A program made the translations under genes and the position numbers. Below the pieces are notes generated by a model. That model was not told the origin of the DNA, ran no database searches, and saw nothing but the letters and a program-made list of their open reading frames with translations. From Myxococcota bacterium (GTDB lineage Bacteria > Myxococcota_A > UBA796 > GCA-2862545), in assembly GCA_039208735.1 (NCBI GenBank), contig JBCCQY010000030.1, positions 9,815 through 73,814 on the forward strand: a stretch of 64,000 nucleotides of DNA, in the 5' to 3' direction. Position 1 is the first letter of the stretch. Each line of letters opens with the position of its first letter. This document shows positions 38,648 to 48,263 of the stretch, in pieces.

Positions 38648-39640
38648 CCAGTCGGAGCGCGCGTCACGTGTCGGTTGCGCCCCCATCCGGCGAGCCACTT
38701 CGAATCGGAAGCCCCCCTGCCCAAATCCGGCCCCCACAAAGGTGTCGATCTGATCGTCTGCGAAGGGTGCGGACGCTTCTTCGACCCGAAACCAAGTTCG
38801 GCGCCAGCCCGCGGCCGCAAATGCATCGACGGCAAAACGGCCGATCGGTTGGCGGAGTCCGAGTCGCGCCAACACGGGAATCGACTCGGTGACGCCATCC
38901 AAGAGGGCTCCGGTACGGGGAGCGAGCGGCGCACCACCTTGAACGCCAAAAACCAGTCGCTCTCGCCAATTGACTTCGAGTTCCAACCCCACGACGGTGC
39001 GTTCCGTGGTCCAAACCGATGGCGAGAGCGCGGCCATCCCTCCCAACGCCGTTCGACGAGGTGTCTCGCGCAGGTGTTGGAGGGCTTCGGCGCGTCCCGC
39101 GAACCCGATGGCATCCCCAATCCGCCGCGACACGATGCCCACGATGGCACCCTGTTCGTCGACGACCGGCCCCCCCGAAAACCCGGGCGCCACCGAACCA
39201 TTGATTTGAAGGCTCCGCGTGCCCACGGCGGCGACGGTGCCCGTGGCGAACGTGTATCGAAGGGTTCCCTCGAGAAAGCCACCCGGGGGGCTCGCCGCAT
39301 AGGGATGACCCAACAGATGAACGACCGCACCCACCTGTGGCGCGTCAGTGGCGATGGCCAGCGCCGGTCCCATGGACGCTCGAAGGGTGAGCAACGCGAG
39401 GTCATGGGCCACGTCGATCGCCGACACCCGCGCTCGGACAGACCGGTTCGTGCGTGTCGTCACGCGAGCCCCAAACCCGCCAGCCACGCAGTGATAGGCC
39501 GTGGCCACGGTCGTTTCGTCAACGAGCACCCCGGCGCACGTCCCACTGCCCTGTTGAACCACCACCACCGCATCGAGGATCGCCTCCGGATCGAGCGGGG
39601 ATGCAGCGAGAGAGGCGTAGCCGAGGATCGCAGCGAACAT
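38600..39640 (-). CDS. Exported trypsin-like serine protease with beta-strand-rich C-terminus
   Basis: TAYHCV, HDLAL, PGFSGGP catalytic triad motifs. Confidence 0.82.
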   Translation of the reverse strand: MFAAILGYASLAASPLDPEAILDAVVVVQQGSGTCAGVLVDETTVATAYHCVAGGFGARVTTRTNRSVRARVSAIDVAHDLALLTLRASMGPALAIATDAPQVGAVVHLLGHPYAASPPGGFLEGTLRYTFATGTVAAVGTRSLQINGSVAPGFSGGPVVDEQGAIVGIVSRRIGDAIGFAGRAEALQHLRETPRRTALGGMAALSPSVWTTERTVVGLELEVNWRERLVFGVQGGAPLAPRTGALLDGVTESIPVLARLGLRQPIGRFAVDAFAAAGWRRTWFRVEEASAPFADDQIDTFVGAGFGQGGFRFEVARRMGAQPTRDARSDWLFGLRLGLGALRRVW

Positions 39641-39671
39641 GGCAGCATGGTACCTGAAGCTCACTTGGGGG

Positions 39672-40436
39672 ATGGCGCGCGTGCTTGGCATGGTCTGGAT
39701 TGTGGGGTGTGGGACCTTCTTCTCCTCTGAACCTGCGCCGCCTCCCGAGGTGGCCGCACCCAAACCCGTGGTGGACGTGCCCACAGAGGGAACCGCCGAC
39801 ACCCCTCAGCTTGCCGCCTCCCACATCCTTGTCGCCTACGTGGGCGCAGTAGCCGCGCACCAAGGGGTCTCCCGAAGCGAGGCCGAGGCCCAAGCCTTGG
39901 CCACCGAGCTGCACCAAAAGCTGGTGGACGGGGCGGATTTCGCGGCGGTGGCCAAGGAGTTTTCCGACGACCCGTCAGGCGGACGCGGAGGTGCCATCGG
40001 CGCGTTCGTGCAGGATGCGGTCGACCCTCGCTTCGCCGAGGCCATCACCGCGATCGAGGAAGGCGCCTACACAAGCCCCTTCAAGACTCCTTACGGCTGG
40101 CACGTCGCACGACGCGACCCTCTCGACGTGCGGCGAGGCCGCCACATCCTCGTCTCCTACCAAGGCGCCCGGAACAGCTCCGAGACCCATAGCAAGGCCC
40201 ACGCACGGCGCGTTCTCGACATGCTCGAGCTTCGACTCTCCCGGGGGGCATCGTTTAGCGATCTTGCGGCCGAGTTTTCGAACGACACCACCGCGAAGCG
40301 CGGCGGCGATCTCGGCCTCATGAGCCAGGGGCAGTTGCTTCCGGTCCTCGAAGAGGCGGTCGCGCGACTGAAGCCCGGCCAACGAACGATGGTTGAATCG
40401 GCCTATGGCTGGCACCTCGTCGAGCGGACCGAGTGA
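39672..40436 (+). CDS. Tandem parvulin-type peptidyl-prolyl isomerase lipoprotein
   Basis: IVGC lipobox; two repeats of HILV...F-x3-A-x2-FS-x7-GG...YGWH. Confidence 0.9.
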   Translation: MARVLGMVWIVGCGTFFSSEPAPPPEVAAPKPVVDVPTEGTADTPQLAASHILVAYVGAVAAHQGVSRSEAEAQALATELHQKLVDGADFAAVAKEFSDDPSGGRGGAIGAFVQDAVDPRFAEAITAIEEGAYTSPFKTPYGWHVARRDPLDVRRGRHILVSYQGARNSSETHSKAHARRVLDMLELRLSRGASFSDLAAEFSNDTTAKRGGDLGLMSQGQLLPVLEEAVARLKPGQRTMVESAYGWHLVERTE

Positions 40437-40475
40437 GCGGCACGCCGCCTCCCTGTCCCAGAGTTACGCAGCGAC

Positions 40476-41783
40476 ATGACCGAGATGCTGACCCGTGATG
40501 CGCTGCTTGCCCGCTACCAGAAATCCGGACGTCCGCGCGCGGATTGGCTCGTGGGAGCCGAGTTCGAGCGGCACCTGCTGGACCCCAAGGGCATGCCGCT
40601 GCCGTACTCCGCCCCCCAGGGCGTGCGTTGGATGCTCGAACAGCTGGCCCAGAGCCATGGTTCGTTGGAAATGGAGGGCGACCATCCCATCGCCTTGATG
40701 CGCGAACAGGCGAGCGTCACCCTCGAACCGGGCGGCCAGTTCGAGCTTTCCGGTGCCCCAGCCAAGTCATTGCAGCCGATCCACGATGAGGCGCGCGACT
40801 TTGCGGCTGAGGTCGACGCACTGCTTGGCGACAACGGCATCCGGCAAATGGCCATCGGCTTTACGCCGTTCGCTCGCATCACCGACATCCCGTGGGTCCC
40901 CAAGGGCCGCTACGCGGTCATGAAGGCCCATCTCGCCCGCACCGGGCAGCTTGCCCACCACATGATGAAGGGCACTGCAGCGGTCCAAGCGACCTACGAC
41001 TACGCAGATGAGGCCGATGCCGCACGCAAGGTCGGGTTGGCCACTCGGCTCGGGCCCCTCACCACCGCGATGTTCGCCAACTCGCCGTACGCCGAGGGCA
41101 AGGCCAGCGGCTACATGAGCTTCCGCGGTCACATCTGGACCCAGACCGACCCCGCCCGTACCGGTCTACCCGACTCGGTCGAGCCGTGTTCGGTTGAGCG
41201 ATGGCTCGACTACCTCCTCGACGTGCCGATGATGTTCATCAAGGACGCCGCGGGCAACTACCTCGCAGCGAACGGGATGTCCTTCCGGCATTGGATGGAG
41301 GGGGGCATGGGGGTCCCGCCTACGTCGGCGGACTGGGACCTCCACCTCACGAGTGTCTTCCCCGAAGTTCGGGTGAAACACACCATCGAAGTACGCGGCG
41401 CGGATTGCGTGCCGTTGCCCCTTGCGATGAGCTTCGTGAGCCTCTTCAAAGGGTTGTTCTACTGCGACATCGCGCTCGAAGCGGGTAACGAACTCGTGAG
41501 TCGCTTCGTTCAACACGGCACCAAAGAAGCGCGGTTTGCGATCGCCTGCACCGACGGGCTGCAGGGAGAAATTGGCGGAAGAAAGCTCGTATCCTGGGCC
41601 GAAGAACTCGTCCGGATGGCCGACGAAGCCCTCGAGCGATGTGCACCGGAAGACCGGGTCTGGCTCAAGCCCTTGATGCGCCAAATCGGTCTCGGAGAAT
41701 CTCCGGCTCGAACCCTACTTCGAAAGTTCGGTCCCGAACCGTCACCCGACGCCTTGCTCGCCTCGTCACACATCGTCGGCTAA
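40476..41783 (+). CDS. gshA: Glutamate-cysteine ligase (GCS2, plant-like GshA)
   Basis: GAEFE, TLEPGGQFELSG, WVPKGRY, FANSP, HLTSVFPEVR, IEVRGAD. Confidence 0.9.
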   Translation: MTEMLTRDALLARYQKSGRPRADWLVGAEFERHLLDPKGMPLPYSAPQGVRWMLEQLAQSHGSLEMEGDHPIALMREQASVTLEPGGQFELSGAPAKSLQPIHDEARDFAAEVDALLGDNGIRQMAIGFTPFARITDIPWVPKGRYAVMKAHLARTGQLAHHMMKGTAAVQATYDYADEADAARKVGLATRLGPLTTAMFANSPYAEGKASGYMSFRGHIWTQTDPARTGLPDSVEPCSVERWLDYLLDVPMMFIKDAAGNYLAANGMSFRHWMEGGMGVPPTSADWDLHLTSVFPEVRVKHTIEVRGADCVPLPLAMSFVSLFKGLFYCDIALEAGNELVSRFVQHGTKEARFAIACTDGLQGEIGGRKLVSWAEELVRMADEALERCAPEDRVWLKPLMRQIGLGESPARTLLRKFGPEPSPDALLASSHIVG

Positions 41784-41826
41784 GGCGTCACCCGGCTGAC
41801 ATAATCGGCCGGGGAGATCGTCAGCG

Positions 41827-42189
41827 ATGGGATCCGTGGGGACGGATACACGTGCGAGCGGCTTGAGGGCCGCACGTAGGCTCGAGGAGAGCCTTGGCCT
41901 GGTGCGTCGGGCACAGACCCACGTGGGACGTCGGTCTCCGACCGAGGCCACCAAGAAGCATCACCGTCGCGCAAAGCGGCAGCTGTCGAAGCTCAATGCG
42001 ATGCTCAAGGACCTTCAGCGTCGCCTTCTCGAGCGGGGCGCGTCGACCGACGGGCTGGCGAGACTCGCGATGGTGCTCGACCCTCTCGATGCGACCCTAC
42101 GGGCCACCCAGGTCAGCGAGAGTCGGACCCGGGTGTTCAAGCGCGTGCGCAAGGCTGCGAAACGGGCTCGGCACGCGCTCAACGCGTGA
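41827..42189 (+). CDS. Basic helical hypothetical protein (possibly CHAD-like fragment)
   Basis: 120-aa ORF filling the gap; HHRRAKRQLSKL weakly resembles the CHAD H-x2-R-x3-K motif. Confidence 0.4.
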   Translation: MGSVGTDTRASGLRAARRLEESLGLVRRAQTHVGRRSPTEATKKHHRRAKRQLSKLNAMLKDLQRRLLERGASTDGLARLAMVLDPLDATLRATQVSESRTRVFKRVRKAAKRARHALNA

Positions 42190-42925
42190 ACCATCCGTCT
42201 TGCCGTCGCTTTTCGTACAACAGAATCCCCGCGGCAACACTGACGTTGAGCGACTCGAGCCCTCCGGCCAGCGGGATCTGAACAAGCTTGTCACACCGCT
42301 CGACCCACTTGCTCGACAGACCGCGGCCCTCCTCGCCCAGCACGAGCGCCAGCGGACCTGAAAGGTCAACCTCTCCGACGGGCTCGCCCGCGGCATCCGC
42401 GCCCACAACAGGAATGCCCGCCTTCTTGATGACCTTGAGCGACGCGAAGAGCCCCTCCTGCGCTACGGGAACGTCCTCGACGGCCCCCATCGAGACGCGA
42501 GCCACCACCGGAGACAGCGAAGCGCCACGACGGGTCGGTACGACGAGCCCCGTCACCCCAAACCCCAGACTGCTGCGCAACACCGCCCCGAGGTTGTGCT
42601 CATACTGAAGGCCGTCCGCCAAGACGAGCAGAGGGTCGATGCCCTCGTCGAAAGCCCGGTCGAGTACGGTCTGCGTGGTCAACGTGACGAGCGGTTCGAC
42701 CTCGGCGATGACACCGTTGTGGACCCTTCCATCCGCAAGCTTGTCGAGGCGTTGACGGTCGACGCGCTCGATGGGCACTGTGTTCTGCGCCGCCAGGTCG
42801 AGGATGCGCTGAATGCGAGGATCGGGCCGGGCGCCCCGGTCAATCCAGATCCGATAGACGCGCCGCTTGCCTCGCGAAAGACATTCCACCACGGGATTAC
42901 GGCCTTCAAGCCGCTGCAACGCCAT
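42179..42925 (-). CDS. rlmB: SPOUT rRNA methyltransferase (23S Gm2251, RlmB)
   Basis: EGRNPV, HNGV, NLGAVLRS, VLGEEGRGL, ESLNVSVAAG. Confidence 0.9.
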   Translation of the reverse strand: MALQRLEGRNPVVECLSRGKRRVYRIWIDRGARPDPRIQRILDLAAQNTVPIERVDRQRLDKLADGRVHNGVIAEVEPLVTLTTQTVLDRAFDEGIDPLLVLADGLQYEHNLGAVLRSSLGFGVTGLVVPTRRGASLSPVVARVSMGAVEDVPVAQEGLFASLKVIKKAGIPVVGADAAGEPVGEVDLSGPLALVLGEEGRGLSSKWVERCDKLVQIPLAGGLESLNVSVAAGILLYEKRRQDGWFTR

Positions 42926-42926
42926 G

Positions 42927-44285
42927 TCAGAGCAATCGTGCAGCGAGTTCGGCGAGCTGGGACCGCTCCCCGCGCTCGAGCGTGATGTGGCCTGCGATAT
43001 CGGACTCCTTGAACCGCTCGACGGTGTAGGTGAGCCCGTTCGACAGCGCATCGACATAGGGATTGTCGATCTGTCCAGGGTCGCCCGTGAGCACCACCTT
43101 CGTGCCCTCTCCCGCACGGGTAAGCACGGTCTTGATCTCGTGGGGGGTGAGGTTTTGGGCTTCGTCGACGATGAGGAACTGCCGCGGAATGGAGCGACCG
43201 CGAATGTAGGTCAAAGGCTCGACCTCAATGATCTTCTGGTCAAGAAGGTACTGGTACTCGGGCTCGTTGCGGTCGAGGCGGGTCGACAACAACAGGTCGA
43301 GGTTGTCGAAGATGGGCTTCATCCAGGGGTTGAGCTTCTGCTCGAGATCGCCAGGCAGAAATCCGATGTCGCGCCCCAGCGGAAAGATGGGCCGCGAGAC
43401 GAGCAGCCTTCGATACGCGCCCTCGTCCGCAACCTGCCGCAGACCCGCCGCGATGGCGAGAAGCGTCTTGCCCGTGCCTGCCTGCCCGTTCAGGGTGACC
43501 AGGGCCACCTCGGGGTCGAGCAACAAGTCAAGGGCACACAACTGCTCTTTGTTGCGCGCAAAGATGCCCCAAACGCCTTCGCGATGACGCCCCACCTTCT
43601 TGACCTGACCGTTCTTGCTGTCGACCCGCACCATGGCCGACTTCGGTTGGGCGTCGGGGCTGGTGAGCAACAAGATGGCGTGGGGATAGGTTTGGTGGTC
43701 TTCAAGGGCGGTAAGCGGCACGCCTCCATCTGCGTGGATGGCATCGATGAGGTCGCCCGAAACCGTGTACGACAGCACGCCGGTGTAGTGATCGTCCAAC
43801 TGGATCTTGGCGTTTTGGTAGTCCTCCGCCACCACCCCCAACGCGTCACACTTGAGGCGCATGTTGGTGTCGCGGGTGACCAGCCGAATGCGCCCGGCGT
43901 CGTCTTGGTCGAGTCGCAACACCGTGCGCAAGATGAGATTGTCGTTGGTCTCGGGGCCCCAGGTGATGGGCAGATCAGGACCGTGCGTGAGGTAGTCGAC
44001 CCGGAGGACTCCGCCCCCGTCGAGACGAACCCCTTCGCGCAATGACCCTTGTTCGCGCAGCTTGTCGAGGTACCTCGAGATTGCGCGGGCATTTCGACCG
44101 GTCTCGGAAAGGTCTTTCTTGAAGTTGTCGATCTCCTCGATGACCGTGATGGGAATCACGACGTCGTGCTCATCAAACGCAAACATCGCGTTGGGGTCGT
44201 AGAGCAACACGTTGGTGTCGAGCACGTAGGCCCGAGTCGCGGCGGAGACACCGACGTAGGGGAGATCCTCGTTGAGTTCGGACAT
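42927..44285 (-). CDS. phoH2: PIN-PhoH fusion (PhoH2/YlaK family)
   Basis: YVLDTNVLL PIN domain, GQAGTGKT, IGFLPG, YIRGRS, DEAQN, GDPGQID. Confidence 0.93.
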   Translation of the reverse strand: MSELNEDLPYVGVSAATRAYVLDTNVLLYDPNAMFAFDEHDVVIPITVIEEIDNFKKDLSETGRNARAISRYLDKLREQGSLREGVRLDGGGVLRVDYLTHGPDLPITWGPETNDNLILRTVLRLDQDDAGRIRLVTRDTNMRLKCDALGVVAEDYQNAKIQLDDHYTGVLSYTVSGDLIDAIHADGGVPLTALEDHQTYPHAILLLTSPDAQPKSAMVRVDSKNGQVKKVGRHREGVWGIFARNKEQLCALDLLLDPEVALVTLNGQAGTGKTLLAIAAGLRQVADEGAYRRLLVSRPIFPLGRDIGFLPGDLEQKLNPWMKPIFDNLDLLLSTRLDRNEPEYQYLLDQKIIEVEPLTYIRGRSIPRQFLIVDEAQNLTPHEIKTVLTRAGEGTKVVLTGDPGQIDNPYVDALSNGLTYTVERFKESDIAGHITLERGERSQLAELAARLL

Positions 44286-44312
44286 GGGACCTTCCAGGTA
44301 GGGGGCTGCCCG

Positions 44313-44855
44313 TCAGGGCACCTGCAGCGAGTACGATTTTTCGTAGCTGCCACGATTCGCGGTTCCAAGGCCGTATTCGACCACCGGCTTGTCGATACGG
44401 ACCGTGCCATCGTCGTCGACACCGTTGCCGATGAACACGTAGAACGAGCCTCCAGCCGGATCGACCGACTCGGAAGACACGACGATGCGGTTGGCCCCTG
44501 GCTGCAAATACTGCGCGATGTCTTCGATGACGGGCTCTTCGCCCGAACGCAGCATCGCCACAACCGTTCCGTTGATGCGGACGACCACCTTGTGGCCCTG
44601 GGAGCGCAGATCTTGGGTCACCAACCAGTACGTGCCCTGGGGCACCGCCGTCGGGGCCGAGGCTGTACGTTCGCTCTTCGGCCGGTCGACAACCTTGATT
44701 TTGTAGCCCGGAGCATCGATGCGCGTGTTGCCTTGCTCATCGAAGGTCACCGTCACCTTCTCGAGTTCGACCCCCGCGACCGAGGCCGGGTCGACTCGGG
44801 TGCCGTTGATGTACAGCTCACCTGCGAATGCCGCGGCGATCAACCCGACCCACAC
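44313..44855 (-). CDS. Exported beta-rich hypothetical protein
   Basis: GGGAGGA SD, GTG start, signal ending AFA. Confidence 0.7.
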   Translation of the reverse strand: MWVGLIAAAFAGELYINGTRVDPASVAGVELEKVTVTFDEQGNTRIDAPGYKIKVVDRPKSERTASAPTAVPQGTYWLVTQDLRSQGHKVVVRINGTVVAMLRSGEEPVIEDIAQYLQPGANRIVVSSESVDPAGGSFYVFIGNGVDDDGTVRIDKPVVEYGLGTANRGSYEKSYSLQVP

Positions 44856-45019
44856 GTTGTCCTCCCTCGCCGCGACGTCACGACCACAACTCTGGCTATG
44901 GCGTGGCATCATTGCTCGCCAAGCGGTCAGAATTCGACCGACAGCGACCTATCGGCAGGCCGACCCAAGCTTGACACCCGAGAGGGGTACGATGCCCCCC
45001 AACGAACGGGGAGGCATGT

Positions 45020-46285
45020 GTGAGCCAGGGTCTGGCACGGGTGGTGGGGCTTTGGGGAGCCGTAGGCATGGGCCTGGGATCCATTTTGGGCACCGGGGTC
45101 TTCGTGAGTCTGGCCATCGGGGCGGGGATCGGCGGGGCTTCGGTCGTCTTGGCCACCGCACTCGCGGCGTTCGTCGCCACCTGCAATGGGCTTTCGAGCG
45201 CCCAGCTTGCCGCCGCCCACCCCATCAGCGGGGGCACCTACGAATACGGCTACCGCTTCCTCAACCCGACCATCGGGTTTTCGGCGGGGGTGATGTTCCT
45301 GGTGGCCAAGAGCGCATCAGCCGCCACCGCGGCGCTTGGCAGCGTCGGCGGAGTTCTGCTGCTCGCGGGCATCGACGTCGACCCCAACGTCCGCACCGGG
45401 TTGGCGGTGGCGGTAGTGCTCGGCATGACCGCGTTGGTCGCCTCGGGCGTCCGCCGCTCGAACACCTTCAACCTGGCTATCGTAGGGCTGACCATCGGCA
45501 CCCTGGCCACGTTCGTCGGCACCGGCTTGGCCACCGTGGAGGGTCCCATCGACCTTTCGGGTTGGGGGACGTTCGAGCCCATGAGCTTGCTTGCCACGAC
45601 CGCGCTGATGTTCGTCGCATACACGGGCTACGGGCGAATCGCGACCCTCGGCGAAGAGGTTCAGGAGCCGGCCGTCACGATTCCGCGCGCGATCATCGCA
45701 ACCCTCATCGTGTCGATGGTGCTCTACGTCAGTGTGGCCGCGACGGCGGTGTTGGTCGTGGGCGCTGATGCGTTCGCCGAGGCAGCGACCACCGCCGCGC
45801 CGCTTCAGGTCGTGGCTCGCGCCATCAGTGCCCCTGTCGCGACCATCGTGGCCGTCGGAGCGGTAACCGCCATGCTCGGAGTGCTCCTCAATCTCGTGCT
45901 CGGCCTGTCTCGGGTGGCCTTCGCGATGGCGCGACGGCGCGACCTGCCCGAAAGCTTTGCTGCCGTCTCGAGCGCCCAAAGTCCTGTGCGCGCAGTCTGG
46001 CTCGTGGGCCTCGTCATCGCCGGGTTGGTGTTGCTCGGCGACGTTCGGTCCACCTGGACGTTTTCGGCATTTACCGTGCTCATCTACTACAGCATCACCA
46101 ACCTGGCCGCGCTCGCCCTGCCCCCCGAGCATCGTCGGTTTCCCCGCCTCGTATCGGTGCTGGGACTTGTGAGCTGTGCGGGCCTCGCCGTTTTCGTGCC
46201 TCTGGAGATGGCCTTAGCGGGTGCAACCGTCCTTTTCGTGGGTTTGGTCGCCCGATCGGTGCTGGGTGGCGGCTCAGCCACCTGA
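45020..46285 (+). CDS. APC-family amino acid permease
   Basis: GLGSILGTGVF, PISGGTYEY, FVAYTGY, EEV-x2-P-x2-TIPRAI; about 12 TM segments. Confidence 0.9.
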   Translation: MSQGLARVVGLWGAVGMGLGSILGTGVFVSLAIGAGIGGASVVLATALAAFVATCNGLSSAQLAAAHPISGGTYEYGYRFLNPTIGFSAGVMFLVAKSASAATAALGSVGGVLLLAGIDVDPNVRTGLAVAVVLGMTALVASGVRRSNTFNLAIVGLTIGTLATFVGTGLATVEGPIDLSGWGTFEPMSLLATTALMFVAYTGYGRIATLGEEVQEPAVTIPRAIIATLIVSMVLYVSVAATAVLVVGADAFAEAATTAAPLQVVARAISAPVATIVAVGAVTAMLGVLLNLVLGLSRVAFAMARRRDLPESFAAVSSAQSPVRAVWLVGLVIAGLVLLGDVRSTWTFSAFTVLIYYSITNLAALALPPEHRRFPRLVSVLGLVSCAGLAVFVPLEMALAGATVLFVGLVARSVLGGGSAT

Positions 46286-46312
46286 CGTTACGCGAGGCGC
46301 CACGGAGGAACG

Positions 46313-46768
46313 ATGCACGAAATTCGCGCCACGGCTCAGATTGCCGCTCCCACCGACCAGGTGTTTGCCTTCGTCTCGGACCACGAGCGCTTCCTTACCG
46401 GAGGCGGCATGACTTGCACGTTGGCCAACCCCGGCACGTCGGATCGCAACGGGGTGGGCGCGGTCCGCGTCGTGCGCTCGGGGGGGCTGATGCTGCGAGA
46501 AGAAGTGCTGTCGTTCGAACCTGACCATCGCTACGAATACGTGATTCGGGCGATCCAAGGCCCTCTCGGGATCGCGGTCCCCGTCCGGCACGAACTCGGC
46601 TGGGTTGAATTGACCCCCAATGGCGATCGCACCGACGTCGTATGGGCTTCGCGGTTCGAGGTGCAGCTGCCGTTTGGGCGAGACACCGTCGCACGGTTGG
46701 CCGGCAACCAGCTCGAAACCGCCTTTGGCCGCCTGCTCGAACGTGCCGCTCGCAAAATCGCCGCGTAG
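46313..46768 (+). CDS. SRPBCC/polyketide cyclase-family protein
   Basis: IAAP-x3-VF-x2-VSDHE, GVGAVR, EEV-x2-FEP-x3-YEY. Confidence 0.8.
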   Translation: MHEIRATAQIAAPTDQVFAFVSDHERFLTGGGMTCTLANPGTSDRNGVGAVRVVRSGGLMLREEVLSFEPDHRYEYVIRAIQGPLGIAVPVRHELGWVELTPNGDRTDVVWASRFEVQLPFGRDTVARLAGNQLETAFGRLLERAARKIAA

Positions 46769-46776
46769 CACGGCGG

Positions 46777-47478
46777 TTAGACCAGCTCCTTGTCGGGAAT
46801 GAGCCAGCGATGGCAGCCGCGACACGGTTCCATCCGACCCTTTCGAAGGTCGGTGAGGTGCTGCGGGCGAACCTCCATGCGACAGGCCGTGCACGCGTTG
46901 CGCTCGATGCGCGCTACCGCCCATTTGTTCCGCGCCCGAAACGCCTCGTACCGCCCTCGATGATCGGAAGGCAGCTCCGCGAGGAGGCCGGGTCGCTTGG
47001 CAAGCAGGTCCTGAATCTCGGCCTCGAGACGTTGGGTGTGGTCCGGCACCTCCGACTCCGCCGTCACGCGGGTCGCCTCGGCCTCCGCCTGCGCCGTTTG
47101 CGCCGCGACTCGCGATGCCTCGGCCTCGTCCGCCGCCTCCATCAACTCCAGCATCTCGGTCTCAGCTTCGTCGATCAGCGCCGCGCACTTCGTTCGTTGC
47201 CGCTCCGCGGCATCCGGATCTCCCGCCCCCATTTCCATGATCTTGATGGCCGAGGCCATGCGCTGCTGGAATTCGCGCGTCTTTCGAACATTGGCTTTTT
47301 GGGCGGCGTCGTTGTCGGAGACCTTGGTTTCGGCTTCCTCCAACGCTGCTGCAGCGTGTTTGGCGGCGTTTCGAGCCTCGGTCAACCGAACCGCGAGTTT
47401 TTCGATCTCAGTCTTGCGCGACGCCACGCCGCGGTCGAGAGTGTCGAGGCGCTCGAGTCGTGCCAGATCTTCGTGCAC
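46777..47478 (-). CDS. Coiled-coil plus C4 zinc-ribbon protein (DUF164/CT398-like)
   Basis: Long coiled coil then ACTAC...PCRGC-x-RWL. Confidence 0.82.
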   Translation of the reverse strand: MHEDLARLERLDTLDRGVASRKTEIEKLAVRLTEARNAAKHAAAALEEAETKVSDNDAAQKANVRKTREFQQRMASAIKIMEMGAGDPDAAERQRTKCAALIDEAETEMLELMEAADEAEASRVAAQTAQAEAEATRVTAESEVPDHTQRLEAEIQDLLAKRPGLLAELPSDHRGRYEAFRARNKWAVARIERNACTACRMEVRPQHLTDLRKGRMEPCRGCHRWLIPDKELV

Positions 47479-47546
47479 CCGGCCTCCTGGCGTGAACGGC
47501 CCAGCGGGCGCGTTCCGTCACCATACCGTAACGAGGGGAGGATCCC

Positions 47547-48263
47547 GTGAGCTTCGAGCTTTACTACTGGCCCATGATTCCGGGCCGCGGCGAATTCATT
47601 CGCTGGATCCTCGAAGACCTTGAGCTAAGCTACGTCGACGTCGGAAGAGAGAGAGGGTTTGAGGCGATTGTCGCGGCGCGCCAAGACGGCATTGCCCTCG
47701 ATGATGGCCAACGGGTGCACATCTACGCCCCTCCCGCCTTGGCGACCGGCGATCGCGTCATTGGCCAAACTTCGGTCATCGCGAGCTACCTAGGCGAACG
47801 CTACGAACGCGCCCCGAACACGGACGCCGCCCGACTCGAGGCTCGCGCCCTCATGACCTTCATCATGGATGTGACGAAAGAGGCACATGACGTCCATCAC
47901 CCCGTGAGCCCTGCGCTTACCTACGCCGAGCAGCGCACCGAGGCCCAGCGGGCTGCGACCACGTTCGTGAAGGACCGGTTGCCGAGCCTGCTTGGATTTT
48001 GGGAGCGCCGGCTCGCGTCGACGGAGGGTCCGTTGCTCTTTGGCGAGACCACCACGTACGTCGACCTGGCGCTGGTGCCCCTGCTGCGCGGCCTCGACCA
48101 CGCGTTCCCTCGCGCGATGTCAGCCCTTGAGGTGCCCGCGCTACGCAGGCTGCAATCCATCGTCCAAGCCCGACCCGCCCTCACGGCGTACCGAGCTTCG
48201 GACCGCTGCGTGCCGTTTAACGAGCACGGCGTGTTCCGGTACTACCCGGAACTCGACGTTTAG
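47547..48263 (+). CDS. Glutathione S-transferase
   Basis: LYYWPMIPGRGEFIR, APPAL, QT-x2-I, EAHDVHHP, GVFRYYPELD. Confidence 0.88.
   Translation: MSFELYYWPMIPGRGEFIRWILEDLELSYVDVGRERGFEAIVAARQDGIALDDGQRVHIYAPPALATGDRVIGQTSVIASYLGERYERAPNTDAARLEARALMTFIMDVTKEAHDVHHPVSPALTYAEQRTEAQRAATTFVKDRLPSLLGFWERRLASTEGPLLFGETTTYVDLALVPLLRGLDHAFPRAMSALEVPALRRLQSIVQARPALTAYRASDRCVPFNEHGVFRYYPELDV

Noticed and set aside
42927..44285. PIN-PhoH as a toxin-antitoxin or defence locus
   Set aside because: Widespread PhoH2 family in housekeeping context next to rlmB; no antitoxin-like gene upstream.
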